This document shows positions 52,125-61,219 of a stretch of DNA of 64,000 nucleotides, one piece after another. Within the stretch, counting starts at the first letter, position 1. Each line of letters begins with the position of its first letter. The position numbers were made by a program, and so were the translations under genes. A model generated the notes under the pieces. The model did not search any database, was not told where the DNA came from, and was given only the letters and a program-made list of their open reading frames with translations. This DNA comes from Planctomycetota bacterium (lineage in GTDB: Bacteria > Planctomycetota > UBA8108 > SXIK01), in the NCBI GenBank assembly GCA_965223265.1, contig OZ244999.1:8320001-8384000 (forward strand), in the 5' to 3' direction.

Positions 52125-52230
52125 CTCCCACTCCTCCCACTCCTCCCACTCCTCCCACTCCGCCTCCCACTCCGCCTCCCACGCAAACGCAAACGCAAAC
52201 GCAAACGCAAACGCAAACGCAAACGCAAAC
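52125..52230. repeat. Compound microsatellite: (CTCCCACTC)x4, two longer variants, (GCAAAC)x8
   Basis: Read directly. Confidence 0.95.
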
Positions 52231-52344
52231 GAAGAGCCTGCCACCTTGGCGGCCGAATGGCGAAACTCCGACTAGCTCAGCGCCAGACCCAGGCTAGAAC
52301 ACCGTCCGGCAACGAACACGGGGTCCCATCGCGTGCGTCCGCTC

Positions 52345-53478
52345 TCACGGCGACGGTTTCCCCGCCTCTGACTTTTGAAACCGCTGCTTCATCCGACCCC
52401 AAAGACGCTGCAGCCAACGACCGCGGACGACCTTCTCGGTCGTTGTCTCCGCCGAGGCGTCAAACAGGTGACGCAGATCATCGACGAAGGCATCGTAGGA
52501 TTCCAGCACCGACTCGTAATAGCCCTTTTCGTGGATGCGCCTGAACGCCGTCGCGTAGTAGTCGATGAAATTGTCGTCGATCAGATCGAGCGCCACTTTG
52601 GCCGCACCGTGCGCGGTCTTGCCGGCGCGCACCATTTGTGTGAACGTCATCATGGCGACAGCGTTCGACACCTCGAAGAGGGAGCGCCCTTCGAGGCGAA
52701 CTGTGTCCTGGATCTCATTCCAGACGCGCTCGATGTCTTTTATGGGAACGAGACTCGCGAGGTCGGTCGTCTGCGATTGCTCGCGGAGCTGGGCGACCAT
52801 GGCCCGCAATTGATCCACTGTGACGGGTGGTGTGTCGAGACCATCTGCGAGGGTCCCCGAGGTCTTTTGTAACGCGTCGAGGAGACCATCGACGTTTTCG
52901 ATCGTATCGCTTTCGTCGATGACGCCTTGCTGACGCAGCTCGTCAACGAGCGCGTTGAGATAGGAGCGTGCGCCGAGGGCCACGTCGCTAAAGATGGCGA
53001 TCACCCAAAGCGGTGAAACGTGCATCACGGAGAGCCCGGCGATGTCGATGACGTTGCCGACGGCCTTCTTGACGACGAATTGATCATCTTCGCCGCTCGT
53101 GGTCTTCGCGTCTGCTTCGGGATTGTCTTTGTCACCCGAAGGTTTCAGACGTCCGACGTCATCGGCAAGAAAACCGAGCATCTTTTGCACCGTAATGTCG
53201 TAGAGGCGGCCACCCTTGAACGCGTCCGGCACAACGACCTTGGCTGCGTCGCGGACCGTGCGGCTGGTAGTGCCGATCATCGCGCGAGCCAACCGCTCCG
53301 GCACGCTCAAGCCTTAGACGGCAGCGTCGACGGCGGCCGACAACGCGTCTGTTGCCCCATCTTCGGGGCGGTTCGCCTCTGGGGACGCCTCATTCTCCAG
53401 TTCTCCGGAGCGTACGGAATCGCCGCTGCTCGCGTCCATGTTTGCCTCTTGTGGCTGGGTGGGATCGTTTGCTGGCAT
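52345..53478 (-). pseudogene. Hypothetical protein with an in-frame TAA at codon 55
   Basis: ATG at 53478 (AGGTGA upstream) reads 54 codons to TAA (53314-16), then the same frame continues GLSVPERLAR for about 320 aa. Confidence 0.55.
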
Positions 53479-53767
53479 GTGAGGTCACCTGCTGCGGTGG
53501 TCGCCGACCGGCGTACTGCTCGAATAGACGTTGTGTTCCGCGGGTCGTTTCAAATCGTTCCCTAAAATATCGGCCATCGGGGTTCGAATTTCGCAGGAGA
53601 TTCTTGTGGAGCCAAGACACGGAAGCCCGCACGCGTACACGATCGCCTACTCCCCACGCCCACGCAATCGCCCACGCCCACCCACACGCAAACCCAAGTG
53701 CGAGGCAGATACGGCGTCAGTCGCACCCAGAGTACGGACGAAGACGCCAACTCCTCGGCCCACGGAA

Positions 53768-53792
53768 GCCGAATGACTTTTTCAACGGGCTG
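53768..53792. mobile_element. Orphan end of the IS5/IS1182-like MITE family
   Basis: GCCGAATGACTTTTTCAACGGGCTG, identical to 44939-44963, followed by CTAG. Confidence 0.75.
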
Positions 53793-54026
53793 CTAGGTCA
53801 CAACCCCGATCGTCAGCAGCAGGTTGGCGTAGATGCGCTGCTCGGCCGTCGCCACGGTTAGGGCCACGTCTGGTGAGGCCGCGGCGTCATAGAATGTGAA
53901 GCGCCCGAGGCGTTCCAGCTTGACGTCGGCTCGCGCCTCGACGAGGAGCGATCGGAACTCATCCCAGATTGGCGGCTCCACACCATCCGCAGGATCCATG
54001 ACCGCGGCGCTCTCGACAGGAATCGC
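53793..54026 (-). pseudogene. RbsD/FucU family gene, 3' fragment
   Basis: AIPVESAAVM...RFTFYDAA...ATAEQRIYANLLLTIGVV. In frame with the 5' fragment once the transposon is removed. Confidence 0.9.
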
Positions 54027-54267
54027 TGCTGAGTCCCACAAACTCTGGCTCGTGAGCAGCGACGAGTCTCAGATTCACTGACCCGGAAACGCCCCGGCAT
54101 ACCCCGCCGAACCGACCGTCCGATCATACCCCGCCTACCCCGCGCCCCCCGTTCGACGCTGCGCCCTGGACCTTCGCTCGACTCCTCGCCTCACCTCGAG
54201 TAAAGAGGGGAGCGGAGAGACCGGTGTTGGTGCACTTCTCTCCGCAAGTCCCCGTACGGAGAGAGCG

Positions 54268-54936
54268 ATGCTACCCCATTTGGTCAACGCGATACAGAGC
54301 TATGGCGAAGCTGTTCGCCGCCGTGAGATCCAGCCGACCTGTAACCGCTGCCCGAATTGCAGCGGGGAGCCAGATCGGTTCCGCTACCGCGGTCACCGAG
54401 AGCGCGTGTTCCTCGTTATCGTCAGGCGTCTGGTCGAACCTGTCCTGTCGCTTCTGAGTCGCTGGAAGTGTCCTCTGTGTAAGCGCTCCTTCACGCTCTA
54501 CCCGCCCTTCGCGCTGCCGGGGAAACGCTACGTTCGCGACTGCGTTTTCGATCACGCTCGGCGCTACCTCCAGATCGACGAGCTTTCGTATCGCGAAGCC
54601 GTCAAGGTCGAACACATGCCCGTCTTCCACGAGGGTGACGACAGGGGAGCGATCGACGAGCGCAGCCTCGCGCACTCAACACTTCATCGTTGGCTTTCGT
54701 TCTTTCGCTCTCTCAACGCCACGCTCCTGGAGGCTCTCCGCCTCATCCGAGAGCGCTCGGCGAGGTCCGACATCTTCCGCAAGGTCTTCGCCGTCCGTCC
54801 AGCCAAGTACCGAAGCGAATCACGGCGGGACACTCTCGTCGCGGCACTTCGAGCTCTCTCGATCGACCAGGTGTTCCGTTCCCTCTTCGGCCGATCGATC
54901 TTCCCCGACTTGGCAACCTCCGCAGCCTGGGCGTGA
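54268..54936 (+). CDS. Zn-ribbon/HTH transposon protein (DUF6431-like)
   Basis: CPNC...CPLCKRSFTLYPPFALPGKRY, STLHRW. Confidence 0.7.
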   Translation: MLPHLVNAIQSYGEAVRRREIQPTCNRCPNCSGEPDRFRYRGHRERVFLVIVRRLVEPVLSLLSRWKCPLCKRSFTLYPPFALPGKRYVRDCVFDHARRYLQIDELSYREAVKVEHMPVFHEGDDRGAIDERSLAHSTLHRWLSFFRSLNATLLEALRLIRERSARSDIFRKVFAVRPAKYRSESRRDTLVAALRALSIDQVFRSLFGRSIFPDLATSAAWA

Positions 54937-54976
54937 GCGAGAATCACGCCTCGCTCGCCCCATGCGAGGTGTGATC

Positions 54977-56539
54977 ATGAAAGCGAAAGATCTCGATTGG
55001 GCTATCTTCTGGGCGGCTCTTCTCCAGCCCGTCGTCATCGGCGAGGTGCCGGAGGAGGAAGCCGCGCGATTTCTCCGCGAGCTCGCCAAAGAAGAGCGCA
55101 TCTTTCCCGACGGATCGCGACGCAAGCCGGCTCTTTCGACCCTGAGGCGGAAGCTTCGCATCTATCGCGAGGAGGGCTTCGAGGGTCTTGCCCGCAGGCC
55201 GCGAAGCGATCGCGGGAAACCGCGTGCCCACGGCAAAGAGCTCGTCGAGAAAGCCGTCGAGCTGAAGCGTGATCAGCCACTGCGCTCCCACTTCGCCATC
55301 AACAAGTTCCTCCAGGCTCAGCACGGAAAGACCATTCCGCGTTCGACCCTCTTCCGCTACCTCAAGATCGCCGGCGCGACGCGGCTGAAGCTCGGTGTCG
55401 AGAGGAGGAAAGTCCGGAAACGCTGGACTCGTGACTCCACCCATGCCCTCTGGGTCGGCGACTTCGCCGATGGACCCTACGTGCTGCACGACGGCGAAGT
55501 CGTCCCCACCTTCCTCTGTGTTCTCATCGACTGCTACAGCCGCTCGCTCGTCGAGGGGCGCTACTACCTTCGGCAAAATCTCGAGGTCTTGATCGACTGC
55601 TTGCTGCGGGCGTGGGCCAAGCACGGTGCTTCGGACGAGCTCTATGTCGATCAGGCGAAGGTCTATATCTCCAAAGCGCTCAAGGCGGCATGCCTTGCCG
55701 TTGTCACCCGGCTCATCCATCGCGGCAAGGGCGATCCGCCACCGGGTGGTCTCGTCGAACGACTCATCGAGACGATACAGGGCCAGTTCGAGGCCGAGGT
55801 CAGAGCCGGCGAGATCCTCACTCTCGACTCGCTCAACGGAAGCTTCGATTCCTGGAAGACCGTGGCCTACCACCGCCAGGTCAACACCGAGACCGGCGAA
55901 ACACCCGAGGCACGAGCCGAGGCCGGCCTCAAACGGCCTATCCGACACGTCGACATTCAGCGCGTCACCGAGTTCTTCATGTGCCGCGAGACGCGGCGCG
56001 TTCACCCGGACTTCTCCGACGTCCAGCTCGATCGCCGCTTCTATCGCGTCGACAAGAGTCTGCGCGGTGACAAGGTCGAAGTCCGCTACGATCCCTTCTC
56101 CGCGCCCGACACGGTTCTCATCTACTCCAGCAACGAAGAGTACCTCGGAAAGGGCGTCCTTCACGAGCGCGAAGAGGGCGAGGACGCCGGTGCTCCCGCC
56201 CCTCCCGCCAAAGCGAAGCACAACTATCTGGAGCTTCTTCGCCGTGAGCACGACGAGGAGCTCAAGAAGCGCGCCCAGGGGATCGACTACCGTCGTGTCA
56301 TCGCCTCTCGCCAGTGGCCCTTCACCGACTTCGCATGCCTTCTCGGCCGGCTCATGGGGCGCAAGGGCGCCCTCTCGAGCTTCACCGCCGAGGAGCTCGA
56401 GGAACTCAAGAAGTTCTACAACCGTACTCCCAGCCTCACCGAAGTCCTCTTGCTGAGGGCCTTCGAGAAGGCTCCGGAGAAATCCATTCCCTACATCGCC
56501 TACGAGCTTCAACGACTCGCAGGCAGAAAGGAGGACTGA
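54977..56539 (+). CDS. Mu/integrase-like DDE transposase
   Basis: HTH with RSDRGKPR, WVGD, IDCYSR, LYVDQ, GLVER, Mu-transposase C-terminal-like VEVRYDP. Start MKAKDL after GAGGTG. Confidence 0.9.
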   Translation: MKAKDLDWAIFWAALLQPVVIGEVPEEEAARFLRELAKEERIFPDGSRRKPALSTLRRKLRIYREEGFEGLARRPRSDRGKPRAHGKELVEKAVELKRDQPLRSHFAINKFLQAQHGKTIPRSTLFRYLKIAGATRLKLGVERRKVRKRWTRDSTHALWVGDFADGPYVLHDGEVVPTFLCVLIDCYSRSLVEGRYYLRQNLEVLIDCLLRAWAKHGASDELYVDQAKVYISKALKAACLAVVTRLIHRGKGDPPPGGLVERLIETIQGQFEAEVRAGEILTLDSLNGSFDSWKTVAYHRQVNTETGETPEARAEAGLKRPIRHVDIQRVTEFFMCRETRRVHPDFSDVQLDRRFYRVDKSLRGDKVEVRYDPFSAPDTVLIYSSNEEYLGKGVLHEREEGEDAGAPAPPAKAKHNYLELLRREHDEELKKRAQGIDYRRVIASRQWPFTDFACLLGRLMGRKGALSSFTAEELEELKKFYNRTPSLTEVLLLRAFEKAPEKSIPYIAYELQRLAGRKED

Positions 56540-57330
56540 TGTTCACCACCCATTTCAAGATGACGACGCAGCCCTTTCTCGAGCGCGCGCCCGTCGAGCA
56601 GATTCTTTCCGACGAGCGCATCACCCAGGGACTCGCTCGACTGGAGTACCTCGCCAAGTCGGGCTCGATCGGCCTGGTGACCGGACTCACCGGGGTGGGG
56701 AAGTCGTCTCTGGTGAAGCTCTTCGTGCGCTCGCTGAGCCGCAACCTCTACGACCCGATCTATCTCTCGCTGACCTACGTCGGGGCAAACGGCATTCTGA
56801 AGCTCCTGGTTTCCAGCCTCGGCGAGCAGCCCCGCCGTGGCAAGGAGCGGCTCTTCCTCCAGATCCTGGATCGCGTCGGGGCGAACGAGCACACGACAAT
56901 CCTCGTCATCGATGAAGCGCACCTGCTTCCTTCGGAGTCGCTCACCGATCTGAGACTTCTGGTCAGCTCCGGACTCGAGGACGGCCCGCCATTGAAGATC
57001 CTCCTCAGCGGACAAGAGACCCTGAGAAAGGAGCTTACCCGAGCGCGCCACGCCGATCTCACGCATCGGCTCAGCGTGCGCTACCACGTGCCGCCGCTCA
57101 GCAAGGAGCAGACGGTCGAGTACATCGACTTTCAGATGCGCGCAGCCGGCGCCTCGCAGAAAGTCTTCGAGCCTGAAGCGAAGTCGCTCATCCACGACTA
57201 CTCAAGCGGCGTGCCGCGGCGCATCAACAACATCGCCACCGCCTGCCTCATTCAGGCCGCGAGCAAGAACGTCCAGAAGATCTCCGAGGCGCTCGTCAAC
57301 GACACCGCCCCCGAGTTCCATCTGCCCTGA
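56539..57330 (+). CDS. ExeA/TnsC-like AAA ATPase
   Basis: Walker A GLTGVGKS, Walker B VIDEAH, SGVPRRINN. TGATG coupling to the transposase. Confidence 0.92.
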   Translation: MFTTHFKMTTQPFLERAPVEQILSDERITQGLARLEYLAKSGSIGLVTGLTGVGKSSLVKLFVRSLSRNLYDPIYLSLTYVGANGILKLLVSSLGEQPRRGKERLFLQILDRVGANEHTTILVIDEAHLLPSESLTDLRLLVSSGLEDGPPLKILLSGQETLRKELTRARHADLTHRLSVRYHVPPLSKEQTVEYIDFQMRAAGASQKVFEPEAKSLIHDYSSGVPRRINNIATACLIQAASKNVQKISEALVNDTAPEFHLP

Positions 57331-57349
57331 GAACGGAGACTGACGCGCC

Positions 57350-57643
57350 ATGTTCCACAAGACCCTGATGCCTCGAGTCAACGACTTCGCCGAGTATCCT
57401 GAGCTCGCCGTTTTGATGACCCTCGCGACGAACCTCGAGATCGCCCTGTTCGCTCTGAACGCCGCGTACCCCGATCTCGACTTCGACTACACGCAACGCT
57501 CCTCCTACACCGAGCAAGACGCCTATCTCGCCGCCTTGGGCGCTCAGCTGCGAGCGCTCCAGATCGTCCTCGAAGAGTATCTCGAGAGCCTGCAACGAAT
57601 CCGATATTTGAAGGCGCCGAGCGGTGGAGGTGGCGTCGCATGA
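57350..57643 (+). CDS. Small helical hypothetical protein (transposon)
   Basis: 97 aa, GGAG RBS, overlaps the next start. Confidence 0.7.
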   Translation: MFHKTLMPRVNDFAEYPELAVLMTLATNLEIALFALNAAYPDLDFDYTQRSSYTEQDAYLAALGAQLRALQIVLEEYLESLQRIRYLKAPSGGGGVA

Positions 57644-57957
57644 CAGGACGATTCTCCGGCAAGCTCCTGCGGTCGTTGAGAAACGATATACCGATCGCGT
57701 GGCTCCTCGATCTGCTCGGCGTCCCCGCGAAAATCTCCGAGGGCTACGTGCGCTTCCTCTGTCCGCGGTGTCGCGAATTCAACACCGCGACGAAGGCGTC
57801 CACCAACCTCGCGCGTTGCTTTCGCTGCGAGACGAACTTCAACCCGATCGACCTGGTCATGATCGTCAAGCGGCTGAATTTCGTCGACGCCGTCGAGTTC
57901 CTCGCCGAGCTCCGCGATCGTCGCGGTGACGCTCGCGCCACGCCTCGCCCTTCGTGA
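57640..57957 (+). CDS. Stand-alone CHC2/primase-type zinc-finger protein
   Basis: FLCPRC...NLARCFRC..NFNPIDLVM...LNFVDAVEFL. Confidence 0.8.
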   Translation: MTGRFSGKLLRSLRNDIPIAWLLDLLGVPAKISEGYVRFLCPRCREFNTATKASTNLARCFRCETNFNPIDLVMIVKRLNFVDAVEFLAELRDRRGDARATPRPS

Positions 57958-57962
57958 TTCCC

Positions 57963-57996
57963 CGGGTCGTCGTGCCGTCCGGGACACGACGACCCG
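57963..57996. terminator. Hairpin at the end of the transposon operon
   Basis: CGGGTCGTCGTG...CACGACGACCCG, perfect 12-bp stem. Confidence 0.5.
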
Positions 57997-58091
57997 CGCC
58001 TTCTCGCCTCGCAAATCGCATCTCGCACCCGCGAATCAGCACCATGCCATTTAATCTGGGATTTCCGCGCCAGATACTGTGGGACTTAGCA

Positions 58092-58289
58092 AATCGCCGT
58101 TAGGAGGGCTTTGAGCGCTTGCGTGCAGCTGACGACGCCTGGAGCCAGGTTGAGCTCGACGAGCTCGGCGTTTGGGCCGAGCTTGGTCGCGAACGGGAAG
58201 TTGCCATCAGCTAGCAGCACCTTCGAGCCGTGCCCGGCACGACCCAGGGCTGCAAGAATGCGTGGGTGGATCAGCTCGTGTTTGAGCAT
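58092..58289 (-). pseudogene. RbsD/FucU family gene, 5' fragment
   Basis: MLK..LIHP.IL.ALGRAGHGS.VL.ADGNFP, truncated at LLTAI. Confidence 0.9.
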
Positions 58290-58345
58290 GACATGCGATC
58301 AGGCGACGCCTAGGTTCGATGCCGCAGATTCCGAACGCGCTGCAT

Positions 58346-58876
58346 TCAGTCCCCGAATCTCGGGATCTGTGAGCCACACGCCTGGATCGGCACGATCTTT
58401 TCCAGTTCCTCGCGCGGGATCGACGGTCCGGCGCGCTTGCAATGTTCATTGAAAGCCGCAGCCAAATCGTTGGCGATTTCGACTGGACCTCGCCCTTCGA
58501 TCTCGTGACGCTGCAGGATCTTGGCAACCTTCTTTTCCTTGAACAGGGCGATGCAGGGAGAAGAGGGCTGGTATTCGCTCATGTAGCCACGTGCCCGTTC
58601 GACGGCGTCGCGTTCCATGCCGGCGAAAACCGTCGTCAGATGGTCAGGGATCAGCTGGTTTTGCAGCGCCAGCATGACTCCGGGCCTGGCGTTGCCGGCG
58701 GCGCAGCCACAAACCGAATTGACAACCACCAAGGTCGTCCCTCCCTGGTCCATCACCGCATCAACGTCATCCGCGCTCAGCAGCTCTTTGACACCAACGA
58801 GCTTCAGTTCCTCGCGCATCGGGCGCACGGCTTCGGGGTCGTACATTGGCTGACCACCGAGGATATTCAAATTCAT
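58346..58876 (-). CDS. BrxA/BrxB-family (bacilliredoxin-like) protein
   Basis: PMREEL, VNSVCGCAAG.ARP, TVFAG, PSSP..ALFK, RHEIEG. Confidence 0.9.
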   Translation of the reverse strand: MNLNILGGQPMYDPEAVRPMREELKLVGVKELLSADDVDAVMDQGGTTLVVVNSVCGCAAGNARPGVMLALQNQLIPDHLTTVFAGMERDAVERARGYMSEYQPSSPCIALFKEKKVAKILQRHEIEGRGPVEIANDLAAAFNEHCKRAGPSIPREELEKIVPIQACGSQIPRFGD

Positions 58877-58939
58877 TCCGATATCTCCTAGTGAGACCTT
58901 CCTAAATCTTCTGGCGCGAGAGTTCCGGTCGAGCTCGCA

Positions 58940-59590
58940 TCACTTTGTAGAAGGACGGTTTTTCTTTTTCTTGCTGCTGCGCGGCGTCCGAGTTGTCGCG
59001 CCCTGCTTCTTGCGAGCGGCAGTGCGTCTCGTCTTCGCGCCGCCTGACGGCGTGGTTTTGGATTTGTCTTCAGCTCCTACCTGAGACGCCTCTCGGGCTA
59101 CAGATACTCCAGTGTCGTGACGGGCCTTTTGGCACTCGCGCGCAAACTTTCGCCGGAAGGACTGCGCCGCTGCTTCATGAGACAGGAGCAACTGCACAAG
59201 ACCCATGACTTTGTGTCCGGTGGTTGGGCTCAGGAGGTGCTCCATTTTACAGGCGTCGATCTGCGCCTGTTCGTCGTCGACTCTTAGAATCGTCGTCAAG
59301 AAATGGATCAACGTGGCGCGATTGTACACGATCTGGCGGGCGACAGATTCGCCCGATTCGGTGAGGCTCAAGTGTCGAGCGCGATCTTCTCTCACGAACC
59401 CGAGGTCTTTCAGGCGGCGAACCTCGAACGATACGGCGCTCTTCGTGACGCCGAGCTCGTCAGCGATATCTGTGATGCGTGCGTAGCCGTTTTCCGTGTG
59501 CAGGTCCCGCAGCGTCACGAGGTAGTGAGCCATCGAATGCGAGATCTCGTTGGCGTTGTACTCCTTCCAGGTCGAGTTGGGGTTGCCCAT
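58940..59590 (-). CDS. DtxR/MntR-family metal-dependent regulator
   Basis: HYL..., ARITDIA.ELGV, DACKMEH.LS. Basic C-terminal tail. Confidence 0.88.
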   Translation of the reverse strand: MGNPNSTWKEYNANEISHSMAHYLVTLRDLHTENGYARITDIADELGVTKSAVSFEVRRLKDLGFVREDRARHLSLTESGESVARQIVYNRATLIHFLTTILRVDDEQAQIDACKMEHLLSPTTGHKVMGLVQLLLSHEAAAQSFRRKFARECQKARHDTGVSVAREASQVGAEDKSKTTPSGGAKTRRTAARKKQGATTRTPRSSKKKKNRPSTK

Positions 59591-59845
59591 GCCGCACCTG
59601 GCTGTATGGAGATCACCGCTACTGCTGGCTTTCGAATGCGCTTTGTTCGACACGATTCGTCGGGTTTCGTGATCTACTGATCCTGGGGTGAGGCCGATGT
59701 ACGTACACGACGCGGCCAAACGTGCCATCCTCGTGAGAGGAACGATCACTGCATCTTTCAATCTCCGGCGGGATGTGTCAAGGAGTCGATCGCTGCGCGG
59801 TCCTGCACAATGGCTGCGCACGAACAGCGCACCGTCCTGTGCTCG

Positions 59846-61156
59846 TCAGCGACGACGGCGTGCCTCAGCCTCGTCTGCCGCCGCACGCCGCAGCAGCTCG
59901 AGCGCGAAAATGACGCTCTGCTCTCGAACTGCAGCTCGATTGCCCAGGAACCGTCGCTCGTGAGTAGCGGTTTGGATGACTCCGTCCCGATCCCTGCTCA
60001 AACCGATGTAGACGAGGCCGACAGGTTTCGCATCGCTACCACCGCCCGGGCCGGCGATCCCCGTCGTCGAGATGGCAAGATTCGCTTGGTAGCGCGCACA
60101 GGCGCCGCGGGCCATGGCTTCACAGACGGGCTTCGATACCGCGCCGTGGGCGTCGAGGAGGGCGCGTGGTACTCCCAGAAGCTTTTCCTTCGCCGAGTTG
60201 GCGTAGGCGACAACGCCGCCGAGGAAGTACTCCGACGAGCCGGGATTCTCCGTCAGGGCGGCTGCGATCCCACCGCCAGTACACGACTCCGCTGTCGCGA
60301 CCGTCAGGCCGAGCGGCGCGAGGTTGGCGTGGACGACCTGCGCGTGCGCGGTCTGCTGCACGGCTCCGGAAGCGTCGAGGATACCTTCCGGCAGCGGCAC
60401 GATCTCGCGTGCGAACTCGTTCTCGATGAGACGCTTCGCTGATTCAACGAAACGAAAACGGTCGCCTTGGTAGGCGACGACTTTGACGAGCAACTCGCCA
60501 GGACGTGCCGCGATACCATATTCGACGTGGTTGAACTCGATCGCCAGCTGCTGGATGCGCGCTTCCGCGACGGACTCGGGCACGCCGATGATCTTGGCGC
60601 GCCAAATGCGCGGCGGTTCGATTTCGAAGCGTGCCTCGAGCCGCGGCCGGACTTCTTGCTCGTAAAGTGCCTGAAGTTCTCGAGGCACGCCAGGGAGCAC
60701 GAACAAGAGGGCTCGCGTGGTTTCGAGCGCCATGCCTGGGGCTAAGCCCACCGGATTGAGCAGGACGTCCGCCCCCTCAACGACTTCAGCCTGTTTGAAA
60801 AAATTCGCTGGGATGTCGTCGTCGCTCGCAAATCGGCGCCGAGCGACCTCGTGCATTCTCCGGCGTGCTTCTTCGTGCCGATAGATGGTGCGGCCGAAGA
60901 CTTCGGAGACAATGGCGACCGTGTGGTCGTCAGCTGTCGGCCCTAGACCTCCCGAGACGATGACGACGTCCGCGCCTTGGGACGCGCCGTCGATCGCCCG
61001 CTTGAGCAGTTCCGGCTGATCCGGGACGAGCTGGATCTCATCGACGTGAACTCCAATGCTTGTCAGCTGGCGGGCGAGGTATGGGCCATTAGCGTCGTGT
61101 GTCTCGCCTCGAGTCAGCTCCGACCCCGTCATCAGCACGATCGCGCGTGGATGCAA
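59846..61156 (-). CDS. cinA: CinA-family protein (MoCF domain plus NMN deamidase PncC)
   Basis: GSEL, SGGLGPTADD, LPGVP.E, TAESCTGG, TTGIAGP. Confidence 0.93.
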   Translation of the reverse strand: MHPRAIVLMTGSELTRGETHDANGPYLARQLTSIGVHVDEIQLVPDQPELLKRAIDGASQGADVVIVSGGLGPTADDHTVAIVSEVFGRTIYRHEEARRRMHEVARRRFASDDDIPANFFKQAEVVEGADVLLNPVGLAPGMALETTRALLFVLPGVPRELQALYEQEVRPRLEARFEIEPPRIWRAKIIGVPESVAEARIQQLAIEFNHVEYGIAARPGELLVKVVAYQGDRFRFVESAKRLIENEFAREIVPLPEGILDASGAVQQTAHAQVVHANLAPLGLTVATAESCTGGGIAAALTENPGSSEYFLGGVVAYANSAKEKLLGVPRALLDAHGAVSKPVCEAMARGACARYQANLAISTTGIAGPGGGSDAKPVGLVYIGLSRDRDGVIQTATHERRFLGNRAAVREQSVIFALELLRRAAADEAEARRRR

Positions 61157-61219
61157 TTCAGGAGACTCCCACTGATCGCGCTCGGTGAGCGTCGCGGCTC
61201 GGTCGGGGGTGACGACCGG

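Larger units (their letters stand above)
54027..58091 (+). mobile_element. 4065-bp five-gene transposon with TG...CA ends (Mu/IS21/Tn552-like DDE plus ATPase)
   Basis: IRs TGCT(G/A)AGTCCCACAnnnTCTGGC. AATCGC duplicated at 54021-26 and 58092-97. Splits RbsD/FucU. Confidence 0.93.

Noticed and set aside
53578-53595. tRNA T-loop-like GGTTCGAAT
   Set aside because: No cloverleaf or acceptor stem around it.
54635-54976. N-terminal extension or programmed frameshift fusing ORF1 to the transposase
   Set aside because: The extension reads as off-frame sequence, a good RBS precedes ATG 54977, and no slippery site was seen.
54944-56512. 522-aa minus-strand ORF and other long antisense ORFs (for example 9437-9994, 2479-3369)
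   Set aside because: Shadow frames of well-supported genes in GC-rich DNA.
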